From Candidatus Heimdallarchaeota archaeon (GTDB lineage Archaea > Asgardarchaeota > Heimdallarchaeia > JABLTI01), in assembly GCA_019056785.1 (NCBI GenBank), contig DXJV01000014.1, positions 1-19,322 on the forward strand: a DNA stretch of 19,322 nucleotides. The letters are read 5' to 3'. The position numbers and the translations under genes are program-made. Positions within the stretch are counted from its first letter, which is position 1; every line of letters begins with the position of its first letter. Below, piece by piece: positions 8,126-16,863 of this stretch. The notes under the pieces were generated by a model. That model did not search any database. It saw nothing but the letters and a program-made list of their open reading frames with translations, and was not told the origin of the DNA.

Positions 8126-9106
8126 CTAATCTTTCAATCTCGGGTCCATTGCATCTCGTAAGGCATCACCGACAATATTGAACGCCAGTACGAGGAAGAA
8201 GATTCCGAATCCTGCAACGAAAGTCTGTTCAGGATTTGTTCGGAGATTCTCCACGCCATCGTTTACTATACGACCCCAAGAAGCGCTTTGGATGTCACCG
8301 AAGCCCAAGAAAGTCAAACCCGCTTCGGATAGGATGTTGCCACCTATATTCAAAGTAGTAATAACTATAATTGAAGCGAGAATATTTGGTAAGATATGCT
8401 TGCTAATAATTCGCCAGTCATTAGCACCAAGGCAAATGGCTGCTTGCACGTATTCAAGGGTCATGACTCGTTTCACTTCTGCAGTGACTAACCGACATAA
8501 GCCAGCCCAACCAAACAACCCTAGAACAGAGATCATGATTGTTGTGTGGCTTAAGTTTTGTAAGATTGCTATTCTTCCTGAACGTAAAAATTGCACTGCG
8601 ACAATAGCGATTAGTAGGAAAGGCACTGCAAGAAACATATCAGTGATCCGCATAATAATTTCTTCAGTTAATCCCCGATAATAACCAGCTAGTGCTCCTA
8701 GAATAACGCCGATTAAAGTTGACACTAAGGAGGCGACGACTCCTACAATTAAGCTGATTTTAGAACCCCAGATAATTCTTGTAAGTATATCTCTACCTAA
8801 AGTATCTGTACCAATAGGATATTTTAGGCTCGGTCGCTCATCTGCTCCCCCACCACCATATTTGTCAAATAAAGGTGCTAGGGATGTTGGTGAATCAGGT
8901 GATATTACAGGGCCTAAAACTGCAATAATTGTTACCACAAGAATGACAAAAAAGCCATAAATTGCAAGTTTATTTTTCTGGAAACGTTTCCAAACCACCG
9001 ACCAATGAGAAGGTGATTTTTCCACTGGTTTTTGATCGCCTATTCGAATTAACTCTGCAGCTGTTTTTTCTTTTTTTACTTTTTCGGTGTCTGACATTGT
9101 TGCCAT
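8126..9106 (-). CDS. oppC: Peptide ABC transporter permease, OppC/DppC type
   Basis: WKRFQKNKLA, IGTDTLGRDILTRIIWG, EAA-like EYVQAAICLGA..IISKHILPN, EAGLTFLG, SWG, GDALRDAMDPR. Start moved to ATG 9106 because GGAGG lies just upstream and it removes the overlap with oppB. Confidence 0.93.
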   Translation of the reverse strand: MATMSDTEKVKKEKTAAELIRIGDQKPVEKSPSHWSVVWKRFQKNKLAIYGFFVILVVTIIAVLGPVISPDSPTSLAPLFDKYGGGGADERPSLKYPIGTDTLGRDILTRIIWGSKISLIVGVVASLVSTLIGVILGALAGYYRGLTEEIIMRITDMFLAVPFLLIAIVAVQFLRSGRIAILQNLSHTTIMISVLGLFGWAGLCRLVTAEVKRVMTLEYVQAAICLGANDWRIISKHILPNILASIIVITTLNIGGNILSEAGLTFLGFGDIQSASWGRIVNDGVENLRTNPEQTFVAGFGIFFLVLAFNIVGDALRDAMDPRLKD

Positions 9107-9119
9107 TTCTTTATTCCTC

Positions 9120-10247
9120 CTAAAGTTCAATTCGGGGGTCAACCCAAACATAAGCTATGTCAGTAATGAGATTTGCAATTAAGATCATTAGTGTGATAAT
9201 CATACTAATAGCCATTATTAAGGGGTGATCAAGCTTATTGATATATTGGACGAATTTGTTACCTAAACCCGGGTAAGAAAAGACAGTTTCAGTGATTGGT
9301 GCTCCCGCCAGCACTCCACCAACAAAAAGGCCAATATAAGTTACTACCGGTAATAGAGCATTCCTCAAACCATGACCAATAAGCACGGCTCGTTCTGAGA
9401 GACCATTTGCTCGAGCAGCTAGAATGTAATCTTGTCGAAGGATTTCTAACATAGAGCCACGAACTAATCGAGTAAAGAGGGCGAGGCTAGCAAAGACGAG
9501 TGTAGCTACAGGTAGGACCATATACCAAAGAGTATCCCCGGTATAAACGAAGAACGTTTTTAGAAAGACACCTACATTACCATGCCAAAGCGCATCCCAA
9601 TTGATGGGTGCAATTCCTGTAGAATGTGCCTTTCCTGAGGGGAACCAATTAAGACCTCTTCCCGCAAAAATATAGATCAAAAGATTACCAAAGACAAAGA
9701 TTGGCATAGATAACCCTAGTAAAGCCAAGGCACTTACTCCAGAATCAATCCAAGTATTTTGGAATTTTGCAGCTAGAACACCAAGCAAAATCGAAATTAT
9801 CAAAGAAATTAGAAATTGCGTCACTTGGAGTTTTAAAGTTTCAGTCAAATAATTACCTATTTCTTGAATTACAGGCTCTCGACTGAAGAAGGTAAGCCCT
9901 AAGTCAAATCGTACGAACCCCCACAACCAAACTAAATATTGTTGCACCGGAGGTCTATTAAGCCCGAGGGATTCCCGGATACGATCAATATCCGCAGGTG
10001 TAATGTGAGGATTTTGCTGTATCAAGTAAGACAAAGGATCGCCAATCATATACATCAAAGCAAAGGTAATAATGGAAATCCCAATGAAAAGCGGGATAAT
10101 TGTAAGAATTCGTCGGAAAGAATATATCAATACACGATTATTGGTTAGACCACCAAAAAAGTCGCGTATCTTCCCAAAGCGTTCTCGATACTCTTTACTT
10201 ACTCTTTCAGGAGCAACGGTTTCTTCTACTGAATGAATCTCAGACAT
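9120..10247 (-). CDS. oppB: Peptide ABC transporter permease, OppB/DppB type
   Basis: RRIL..IP, GDP, LGLNRP..QY, DYILAARANGL (EAA loop), HGLRNALLPVVT, ETVFSYPGLG, DIAYVWVDPRI. Confidence 0.93.
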   Translation of the reverse strand: MSEIHSVEETVAPERVSKEYRERFGKIRDFFGGLTNNRVLIYSFRRILTIIPLFIGISIITFALMYMIGDPLSYLIQQNPHITPADIDRIRESLGLNRPPVQQYLVWLWGFVRFDLGLTFFSREPVIQEIGNYLTETLKLQVTQFLISLIISILLGVLAAKFQNTWIDSGVSALALLGLSMPIFVFGNLLIYIFAGRGLNWFPSGKAHSTGIAPINWDALWHGNVGVFLKTFFVYTGDTLWYMVLPVATLVFASLALFTRLVRGSMLEILRQDYILAARANGLSERAVLIGHGLRNALLPVVTYIGLFVGGVLAGAPITETVFSYPGLGNKFVQYINKLDHPLIMAISMIITLMILIANLITDIAYVWVDPRIEL

Positions 10248-10345
10248 TAGGATTCCAACTCCAATTTAGTAACCCCCTTGTTGGTGGGAAACTAAATTAC
10301 TCACTATATTACTCTTAATATAATCACATATCAAGATTTCTGCAA

Positions 10346-10371
10346 CTCTATAAAATATTTTTTTTATAGAG
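10346..10371. promoter_or_regulatory. Perfect 10-bp inverted repeat overlapping a TATA-like sequence upstream of oppB
   Basis: ctctataaaa-N6-ttttatagag. Confidence 0.4.
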
Positions 10372-10441
10372 AGAATTAGGTATATGTGAAAAAGGTCGTT
10401 TATTAATTTATTTATTCTTTAGAGAACATTGGTCAATAAGG

Positions 10442-11419
10442 CTAATTTATCACTGAACCACAATTCTTACAAACTCTTTCGCCCTTGTTTGTTTTAGCTC
10501 CACAAACAGAGCACGTCTTCACTTGTTCTAGTTCATAAAACTCTTCAGAAGGAATGCTTAAAACAATTTCCTTTCCCACCAGCCTAGCCTTTAAACTCTT
10601 TGGATTTCCAAGCTCTTCCAGCATATCTCCCGGGAGGGAGATGCGATGTTGTGGATCAATAGCAAGTTGCCGGGTTTGTTCTAAATTACGCAACCGAATA
10701 CTTTTCCCATGTGTTGCTAAAATAACCCCATCCTTTATTTCGATAATGCGTTCAGCTCTTGAAGCAACTTGTTGAGAATGTGTAGCAATAAAAAGTGCGA
10801 CATTTAATTTTTTGTTAATAATGTCAAGTACATCCAAGATTTTTTCCCCTGTGAGAGGGTCCAGTGATGCTGTTACTTCATCAGCAATGATAAGCTTAGG
10901 ATTTGTAATCAAAGCTGCTGCAAGCGCAACACGTTGTCGTTCTCCTCCAGACAACATGGATGGTTTGTATTTTAATCGTTCAGACAAACCAACCAACTCC
11001 AATAACATTTTCGCACGTCCATCAATTTCTTTTGGGTCCATCCCTGCGAGATGCCCGCCAAGTGTGACATTTTGATAGACATTAAGATGCGGGATTAATT
11101 TGGTTTCTTGAAAAACAAGCCCCGCAAAGTGTCGGCGTTCCCGAATGATTTGTTCTCGTGAAAGACGAGATATATCTCGCGAAATTCCCGACCAGAAAAC
11201 TCTTCCTGAAGTGGGAGGGAGAAGCCCAGCAGCGATATTTACGAGCGTAGTTTTTCCTGCGCCAGAGGGACCAATTAATGCCACTTTCTCCCCTTCATAA
11301 ATTGAAAGAGAAACACCTCTGAGCGCAGTTGTCTCTGTCTTTTCACTCTGATAGATTTTATAAACCTCTTCAAGATTGAGAATGGGGAGTTGCTTTTTAT
11401 AGCGCTTTTTGGGTGGTAT
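10442..11419 (-). CDS. LolD-like ABC ATPase with C-terminal AbrB/MraZ-like segment and zinc ribbon
   Basis: GPSGAGKT, LSGGERQR, LIIADEVT, THS; tail IDPQHRISLP..LEELG and CSVCG..CKNCG. The frame extends 45 codons above the track's GTG (11284) through the conserved ABC N-terminus. Start placed tentatively at ATA 11419. Confidence 0.85.
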   Translation of the reverse strand: MPPKKRYKKQLPILNLEEVYKIYQSEKTETTALRGVSLSIYEGEKVALIGPSGAGKTTLVNIAAGLLPPTSGRVFWSGISRDISRLSREQIIRERRHFAGLVFQETKLIPHLNVYQNVTLGGHLAGMDPKEIDGRAKMLLELVGLSERLKYKPSMLSGGERQRVALAAALITNPKLIIADEVTASLDPLTGEKILDVLDIINKKLNVALFIATHSQQVASRAERIIEIKDGVILATHGKSIRLRNLEQTRQLAIDPQHRISLPGDMLEELGNPKSLKARLVGKEIVLSIPSEEFYELEQVKTCSVCGAKTNKGERVCKNCGSVIN

Positions 11420-11595
11420 TCTTCATCCCTCGGCAAATTGATAGATCTGAACATTTTTTTTAGGAGTTAAATAATGAAAGCTCCTTGAAATATTTAAATT
11501 CACTAGTGAAGCTGATTTATCTTTTTCGCTTCTGAGTACAACTAATTTCAAGGCAAGGGAAAATATTAAAAGTAATAATAGGCAAAAGAAAACCT

Positions 11596-12579
11596 ATGAG
11601 CACTTCAACTGAATCAACTGTAGAAGAATCAGCAAGTCAAACAAAACCGAGAATCATTGATGAAATAAAGAATTATCCTGTAAAACGTTTTATTGACTAT
11701 GTTGGTCCGACCGGGCTATGGTTATTTCTCTATTATTTATTCTCGCTATTTATGATGATAGTATTAAACATCGCTCGTATTGGTTGGTCTTTAGAAGCAA
11801 TATTCGCCGCTCCGCGCTATTTTGCAGAGCTGTTCATTAATTATGGCCTAAATGCTGGGAAAATTGAAGCCGATCCTTTGGACCAAGAGTTGGACTTTTA
11901 TTTCAAACGAAATGATTTCAGTAATTTTATGACTTCAGCATCTTGGATTTTCGCTCCAATGATCATTTATGTTCTTGGGATTTTTCTCTCTATCCTTCCT
12001 GCATCTGGTTTTCAACAGCCAATTGGAGATTTTAATTACAAAACAAATTACCTCTATTTCCATCAATTTGTTCCCTTTCTTGGAACCGGAGTTAATAATC
12101 AAGGAGAAATGATAAAAACAGGTGCATTTTATTTCCTCATCGCATGGCTACCGTTAATTCTTTCAGTAATAGTTGGAGCATTTATTAATAAACGAGTTTT
12201 TAAGGAAAAAGAACAAAAGACGGTGAATGTGCTCAAAATTATGCTTTTCAATTTGTTGGCCGGCTTTGCCGTTGGTATGCAAATGGCGACTATTACCGGA
12301 ACCGTACAATTCAGATTTCTTGAAGCATTAAAGATTATTCTAACAAGCTCTGAAGAAAATACTGGATTTCTCTATTCGGGAGAATATCATCCAATCTCAA
12401 TCTTGTTAACTTCATGGTTCATTAATTTTATACCTATTCTTTTTGCTGTTGCTGGCTACCTACTTTATGCCAATTTTGAAGATGCTGTGTTAAAGAAACG
12501 AATACATAAAGGAGACTTGACACTAACACAGTATGAAGCAGTGGAAAAACTCAAAGCAAAAGAGCAAAAAGAGAGTTAG
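11596..12579 (+). CDS. Hypothetical multi-pass membrane protein
   Basis: 327 aa, about 5-7 hydrophobic segments, charged termini. GGAAAA-TATTAAAA lies about 25 nt before the ATG, consistent with a leaderless transcript. No family recognised. Confidence 0.8.
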   Translation: MSTSTESTVEESASQTKPRIIDEIKNYPVKRFIDYVGPTGLWLFLYYLFSLFMMIVLNIARIGWSLEAIFAAPRYFAELFINYGLNAGKIEADPLDQELDFYFKRNDFSNFMTSASWIFAPMIIYVLGIFLSILPASGFQQPIGDFNYKTNYLYFHQFVPFLGTGVNNQGEMIKTGAFYFLIAWLPLILSVIVGAFINKRVFKEKEQKTVNVLKIMLFNLLAGFAVGMQMATITGTVQFRFLEALKIILTSSEENTGFLYSGEYHPISILLTSWFINFIPILFAVAGYLLYANFEDAVLKKRIHKGDLTLTQYEAVEKLKAKEQKES

Positions 12580-12703
12580 CACACAATTAATATGGTCTTT
12601 TCTTTTGACCATTTCTCTTCTTTATTTTTTAAAGAAAAATTTTCACCACAAACAGCGAAAGTCTTTTTTTATTAGAAACCAATTGTAAAGAAAGATCAAT
12701 TGG

Positions 12704-13912
12704 TTGGGAATAAAATTGGTACTGGTCAAAATATCAGAAAAAATGCATGAAAAGCGTATTGAGCGAGTAATAACGCAATTGCAACAACGAAATCTTAAAG
12801 GAATGATTTTTTTCAATACAAGAAGCATTTTCTATTTGGTAGGCTATCATCACATTCCGACGGAAAGGCCAATAGCTTTAACAGTTACAACTGATGGTGA
12901 GATTTTAGCTTTTGTTCCAAAATTAGAAGAGGATTTCGTAAAAACATCTATCCCGCTTGTTACTGAAGTTTCGAGTTATTTTGAATATCCTGATGAAATT
13001 CATCCCATGAAACACTTTGCAAAAAGCCTTGAAATAAAAGGATTGGCCACGAAAGCAATTGCTGCTGATGCTCCTGGCGCACCCGGGTATTGGGGATATC
13101 AAGGTCCCCAATTAAAGGACATCCTCCCAAAAGCAAAGATAACCGTACTAAATGAATTAATAATGGATATGCGTGTTATAAAAGACGAGGAAGAAATTGC
13201 TTTGATCAAAGAAAGCTGTAAATGGGGGAATTTAGCTCATGAGCTTCTACAGGAATATACGTTTGCGGGTGCAAACGAAATTGAGGTTGTTAATGAAGTC
13301 TGTGCAGAAGCAACTCGAGTGATGTTAAAAGCACTTGGGAGGGATTTCAAGCCATTTGGTGGTAATCTAAATGCTTATGCAGGTTATCGTGGACAGATTG
13401 GCGTTGGGTCAGCCACACCACATGCCACCACAGGGAATAACTTCTTCAAAAAAGGCGACACGCTTGTCACAGGTGCAAGTGCAAATGTTGGGGGGTATAA
13501 AAGTGAATTAGAACGGACAATGTTTCTGGGAGAGCCAACACCAAAACAAGAAAAATACTTCAAGATAATGTACAAAGCACAATCAGCTGCACTCGAGGCT
13601 TTTGGACCAGGAGTAAAAAACGCGGATGTTGACCGTGCTGCAAGGAGAGTCTTCAAGGATGAAGGCGTTTGGGGCTATGTTCTTCACCACACCGGTCATG
13701 CAATTGGCCTTGAAGGACATGAACGACCATTTTTAGACATTGGTTCCAAAGTAACAATGCAACCAGGCATGGTCTTTACAGCCGAACCTGGTATCTACAT
13801 CCCCAATTTTGCAGGCTTTAGACATAGCGATACTATTCTTATTACTGAAGATGGTACAGAACAATTAACATTCTATCCTCGAGAACTCGAAGAACTTATC
13901 ATTTACGATTAG
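12704..13912 (+). CDS. M24 family (Xaa-Pro peptidase/creatinase-like, pita-bread fold) hydrolase
   Basis: Creatinase_N-like N-terminus, MRVIKDEEEI, GYKSELERT, HHTGHAIGLEGHE, MVFTAEPGIY, GFRHSDT. Exact start uncertain. Confidence 0.88.
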   Translation: MGIKLVLVKISEKMHEKRIERVITQLQQRNLKGMIFFNTRSIFYLVGYHHIPTERPIALTVTTDGEILAFVPKLEEDFVKTSIPLVTEVSSYFEYPDEIHPMKHFAKSLEIKGLATKAIAADAPGAPGYWGYQGPQLKDILPKAKITVLNELIMDMRVIKDEEEIALIKESCKWGNLAHELLQEYTFAGANEIEVVNEVCAEATRVMLKALGRDFKPFGGNLNAYAGYRGQIGVGSATPHATTGNNFFKKGDTLVTGASANVGGYKSELERTMFLGEPTPKQEKYFKIMYKAQSAALEAFGPGVKNADVDRAARRVFKDEGVWGYVLHHTGHAIGLEGHERPFLDIGSKVTMQPGMVFTAEPGIYIPNFAGFRHSDTILITEDGTEQLTFYPRELEELIIYD

Positions 13913-13955
13913 AAAGCAGGTAAAAAAGCCCGGCTTTCTCATATTATTCCTTTTT

Positions 13956-14957
13956 TTATGCAAATTGTGTAAGCAATAGCCCCCCTAAGATTAAAACCCC
14001 GCCAAGTGCAAAAAACCAATCAATAGTTTCCCCCATTGTTAGAGCAAAAAGAGTGGCAATTATTGGGATAAGAAATTGGAACACACTTGCTTTCTGAACC
14101 GGAATTCGGCGAATTGTTTCAAACCACAAAGTGAATGCTATTGCTGTTGGAACAATTCCCATAAAGACTGTCAAAATAATGTGATAATAAGCAGGAGGAG
14201 AAGAGAACCAACCATCAACAGCAAACATTGCTATTAAAAGAATGGTTGCACTAAAAGATAGGTTCCAGGTTGTTACGACAATAGGATTTTCTGTCTTTAA
14301 AAAACGCTTTAGATAAACAGAATAAAAAGCCCACATTACACCTGAAAGAAAAGCAAGAAGATTACCTAGCAATACCTCCCGATTGAAAACGAGAGTAAGG
14401 TTTTCAATTGGTACAGCAATAAAGAAAATGCCACAACTTGCAATCACAACGCCCACACCGCCCCACCAACGATGACGCTCCTTTAAAATTACTAATGAAA
14501 GAAGAAAGGTTACTACCGGATTAATGTTAAGCAAGAAAGAAGATGCAGAAGCATTTGTTAATGTCACAGAATACATCTGCAAAATGACAAAAGAAGTAAG
14601 AATGACAGACGCAACAAGAAGATGAAGCCAGTGGGTTTTCAAGGTAATAAAAAGTGTTTTGCTCTTTCGTGATAGAAGACAATAAATTAGTAGAGTTAAC
14701 GATGCAGGCAAATAGCGGAGAGCACTGATTTGCAATGGTGTTAAGGCACTTTTCACTGCCAAATAACGACCGATGACATTGGGAGTCGCCCACGCAACAA
14801 CAATAATTACTAACATCACAGCAACTTGCCAGGAGAATAACCGTGGTGGTTGGGCAGGCTCTGCTAGAGGTTGCTCTATTGATGGTTCTGGCGCTGGAGA
14901 CCGCTCTTTAGAAAAATCTGGAACACGTTCTTCTTCTAACGGCAAGCATATCAACAA
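13956..14957 (-). CDS. DMT/EamA family transporter
   Basis: About 10 TM in two repeats, with ALRY, TNASASSFLLNINPV, LKER, LGNLLAFLSGVMWAFYSV, GIVPTAIAFTLW and GE motifs. Confidence 0.9.
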   Translation of the reverse strand: MLICLPLEEERVPDFSKERSPAPEPSIEQPLAEPAQPPRLFSWQVAVMLVIIVVAWATPNVIGRYLAVKSALTPLQISALRYLPASLTLLIYCLLSRKSKTLFITLKTHWLHLLVASVILTSFVILQMYSVTLTNASASSFLLNINPVVTFLLSLVILKERHRWWGGVGVVIASCGIFFIAVPIENLTLVFNREVLLGNLLAFLSGVMWAFYSVYLKRFLKTENPIVVTTWNLSFSATILLIAMFAVDGWFSSPPAYYHIILTVFMGIVPTAIAFTLWFETIRRIPVQKASVFQFLIPIIATLFALTMGETIDWFFALGGVLILGGLLLTQFA

Positions 14958-15030
14958 ATACTTAAAATAATTTATACTATTTAAAGATTAGAACTTGATT
15001 GCTGGAATAGAAAAGGCTTGTGAGAACACA

Positions 15031-15780
15031 ATGGAATATATCGATTGCCATTGCCATCTTGCTGAGAATTACTTTTATAAACATATTAAAGAATTCATAC
15101 AAGAATGGAACGAGAAGGGGATAAAACAAATTGGTGCAATGGCTACCAATGGTAAAACAGCAAAAAGGACGATCGAATTAGCTACGACCTTTCCAGAGAC
15201 AATTGTCGCAGGAATTGGCCGACATCCTTGGGGCGCACACAAAACAACAGAAGAAGAACTTTTAAAATTTGAAGAATGGATAAGTAAACCAGAAGTTAAG
15301 ATTATTGGGGAAGTGGGTCTTGATCATTACTTCATAAGGGAACCTGAAAAATGGGAAAAACAATGCGAGGTCTTTAGGTTCTTTTTAGATATGGCTGAAA
15401 AATATCAGAAACCACTGATGATACATTCCACAGGTGCAGAAAAAGAGATATTTGAATTACTGGAGACAAGAAAGCTCAAGACAAATGTTTGTTTCCACTG
15501 GTTTTCCGGTGATATCTCCATCCTGACAAAATTGATGGATCTTGGAGCGTATTTCAGTATAAATCCTGCTGTGGCGCAAAGTAAAAGACATCAACAAGTA
15601 GTACAAACTGTTGCTTTGGATCACTTGTTGACAGAATCAGATGGTACCGTTAAGTTCAGGGGAGAGATAGGGACACCTTTATTGATGCCTTTTGTATGTA
15701 AAGAAATCGCTAAGAGGAAAAAAATACCCTTTGAAGATGTTGTTCAAGCGGTTCAAACTGCCTTTGAAAAGTATTTGTAG
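15031..15780 (+). CDS. tatD: TatD family metal-dependent hydrolase/DNase
   Basis: IDCHCH, GRHPW, IGEVGLD, PLMIHS, FHWFSG, LLTESD. Start placed at ATG 15031, which gives the usual TatD N-terminus. Confidence 0.92.
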   Translation: MEYIDCHCHLAENYFYKHIKEFIQEWNEKGIKQIGAMATNGKTAKRTIELATTFPETIVAGIGRHPWGAHKTTEEELLKFEEWISKPEVKIIGEVGLDHYFIREPEKWEKQCEVFRFFLDMAEKYQKPLMIHSTGAEKEIFELLETRKLKTNVCFHWFSGDISILTKLMDLGAYFSINPAVAQSKRHQQVVQTVALDHLLTESDGTVKFRGEIGTPLLMPFVCKEIAKRKKIPFEDVVQAVQTAFEKYL

Positions 15781-15916
15781 AACAGTACCTCGATGTGTTG
15801 CCTTGAACAAAACGCTTTTCAATATGCAGATGTGTTTTTCATTTGATAACTACTATCAAAGGGGTTTCTTACAAGTCTGTTAAACTACAGCAAAATGAAA
15901 CAAAGGTGTCACTTTC

Positions 15917-16861
15917 GTGCAAAAAAAGAAATATGTAAAAGCTTGTCCTTTCCTAAGGGATCTTGGGGACAGTTATCTCTGTGTAAACGATGATAAAGTA
16001 GTCGATGTCATTTTAGATCCTTTAATGAACATAGAATGGTCAGACGAAATTCCCCCGGTGGCATCAGAAGTGGAAGGGTCAGAAACATGTTTGTTTGTCT
16101 TGGAGATAAAAGAGGATGATAGGCTCTATTGCTGTAGTAGAAAAATGTACCTGAAAATGGACAACCATTTCATTCGATGGGAAGACATTCGTGACTCCCT
16201 TTTTCTCTTGGAACTTGATTCTCAGAATGAATACCAAAATGCCGAGTTTGACTTTTGTTCGACTTGCTTATATAAAGTGCTTGTGGCTTCAAGCCCAGCG
16301 TTCCAGACACGCTTGAGTTTTGATGAAAAAATAAAATTAGGTATTGCATATATTTTAAATAAAGCAAATGAGATTTATACCGGATTGATTCTCCTTTCTA
16401 AATCTCTAGCAAAAGATAATCAAATAGAAGGACTCAATGATAAAATCAAACATTCAAAAGCAATCATCTTTAAACAACAAATTTCGGCTCTTAGCCTTTT
16501 AACATGGATTGTAGAAAATGGTATTGTAGATGAGTTATACGCATCCACAACATTCGAATGGTTGCAGAAATTCGATGAATGGGGATTAATTGTCTCGAGT
16601 ATTGCTGATGCCGAAACAAATGAAGAGAAAATTGCCCTCGTGAAAGAATCATTTGAATTTGCTGCACGATTAAAAGAATTATCTTACGAATTAATTGTTA
16701 AATTGTCCCTGCCTATTGGTGAGAAGGAAGAGGAGCTCAAAAAACCAATAAAAATTATAAATAAAATCATCACAATTGCAGCAGTCCAACTCGAGGATTA
16801 TATGTTTATTTGTAACCAATTCTTTTCCATTCTAAAGAAAGAAATGGAAGGGGAAAAATAA
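15917..16861 (+). CDS. Hypothetical protein, Cys-containing N-terminal repeats plus helical C-terminal domain
   Basis: 314-aa ORF with AGGTG site before GTG, convergent with arcC. No family recognised. Confidence 0.75.
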   Translation: MQKKKYVKACPFLRDLGDSYLCVNDDKVVDVILDPLMNIEWSDEIPPVASEVEGSETCLFVLEIKEDDRLYCCSRKMYLKMDNHFIRWEDIRDSLFLLELDSQNEYQNAEFDFCSTCLYKVLVASSPAFQTRLSFDEKIKLGIAYILNKANEIYTGLILLSKSLAKDNQIEGLNDKIKHSKAIIFKQQISALSLLTWIVENGIVDELYASTTFEWLQKFDEWGLIVSSIADAETNEEKIALVKESFEFAARLKELSYELIVKLSLPIGEKEEELKKPIKIINKIITIAAVQLEDYMFICNQFFSILKKEMEGEK

Positions 16862-16863
16862 AT

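Noticed and set aside
13925-13937. aaagcc-c-ggcttt dyad between convergent genes
   Set aside because: Short, with a minimal loop; at most part of an ordinary terminator.
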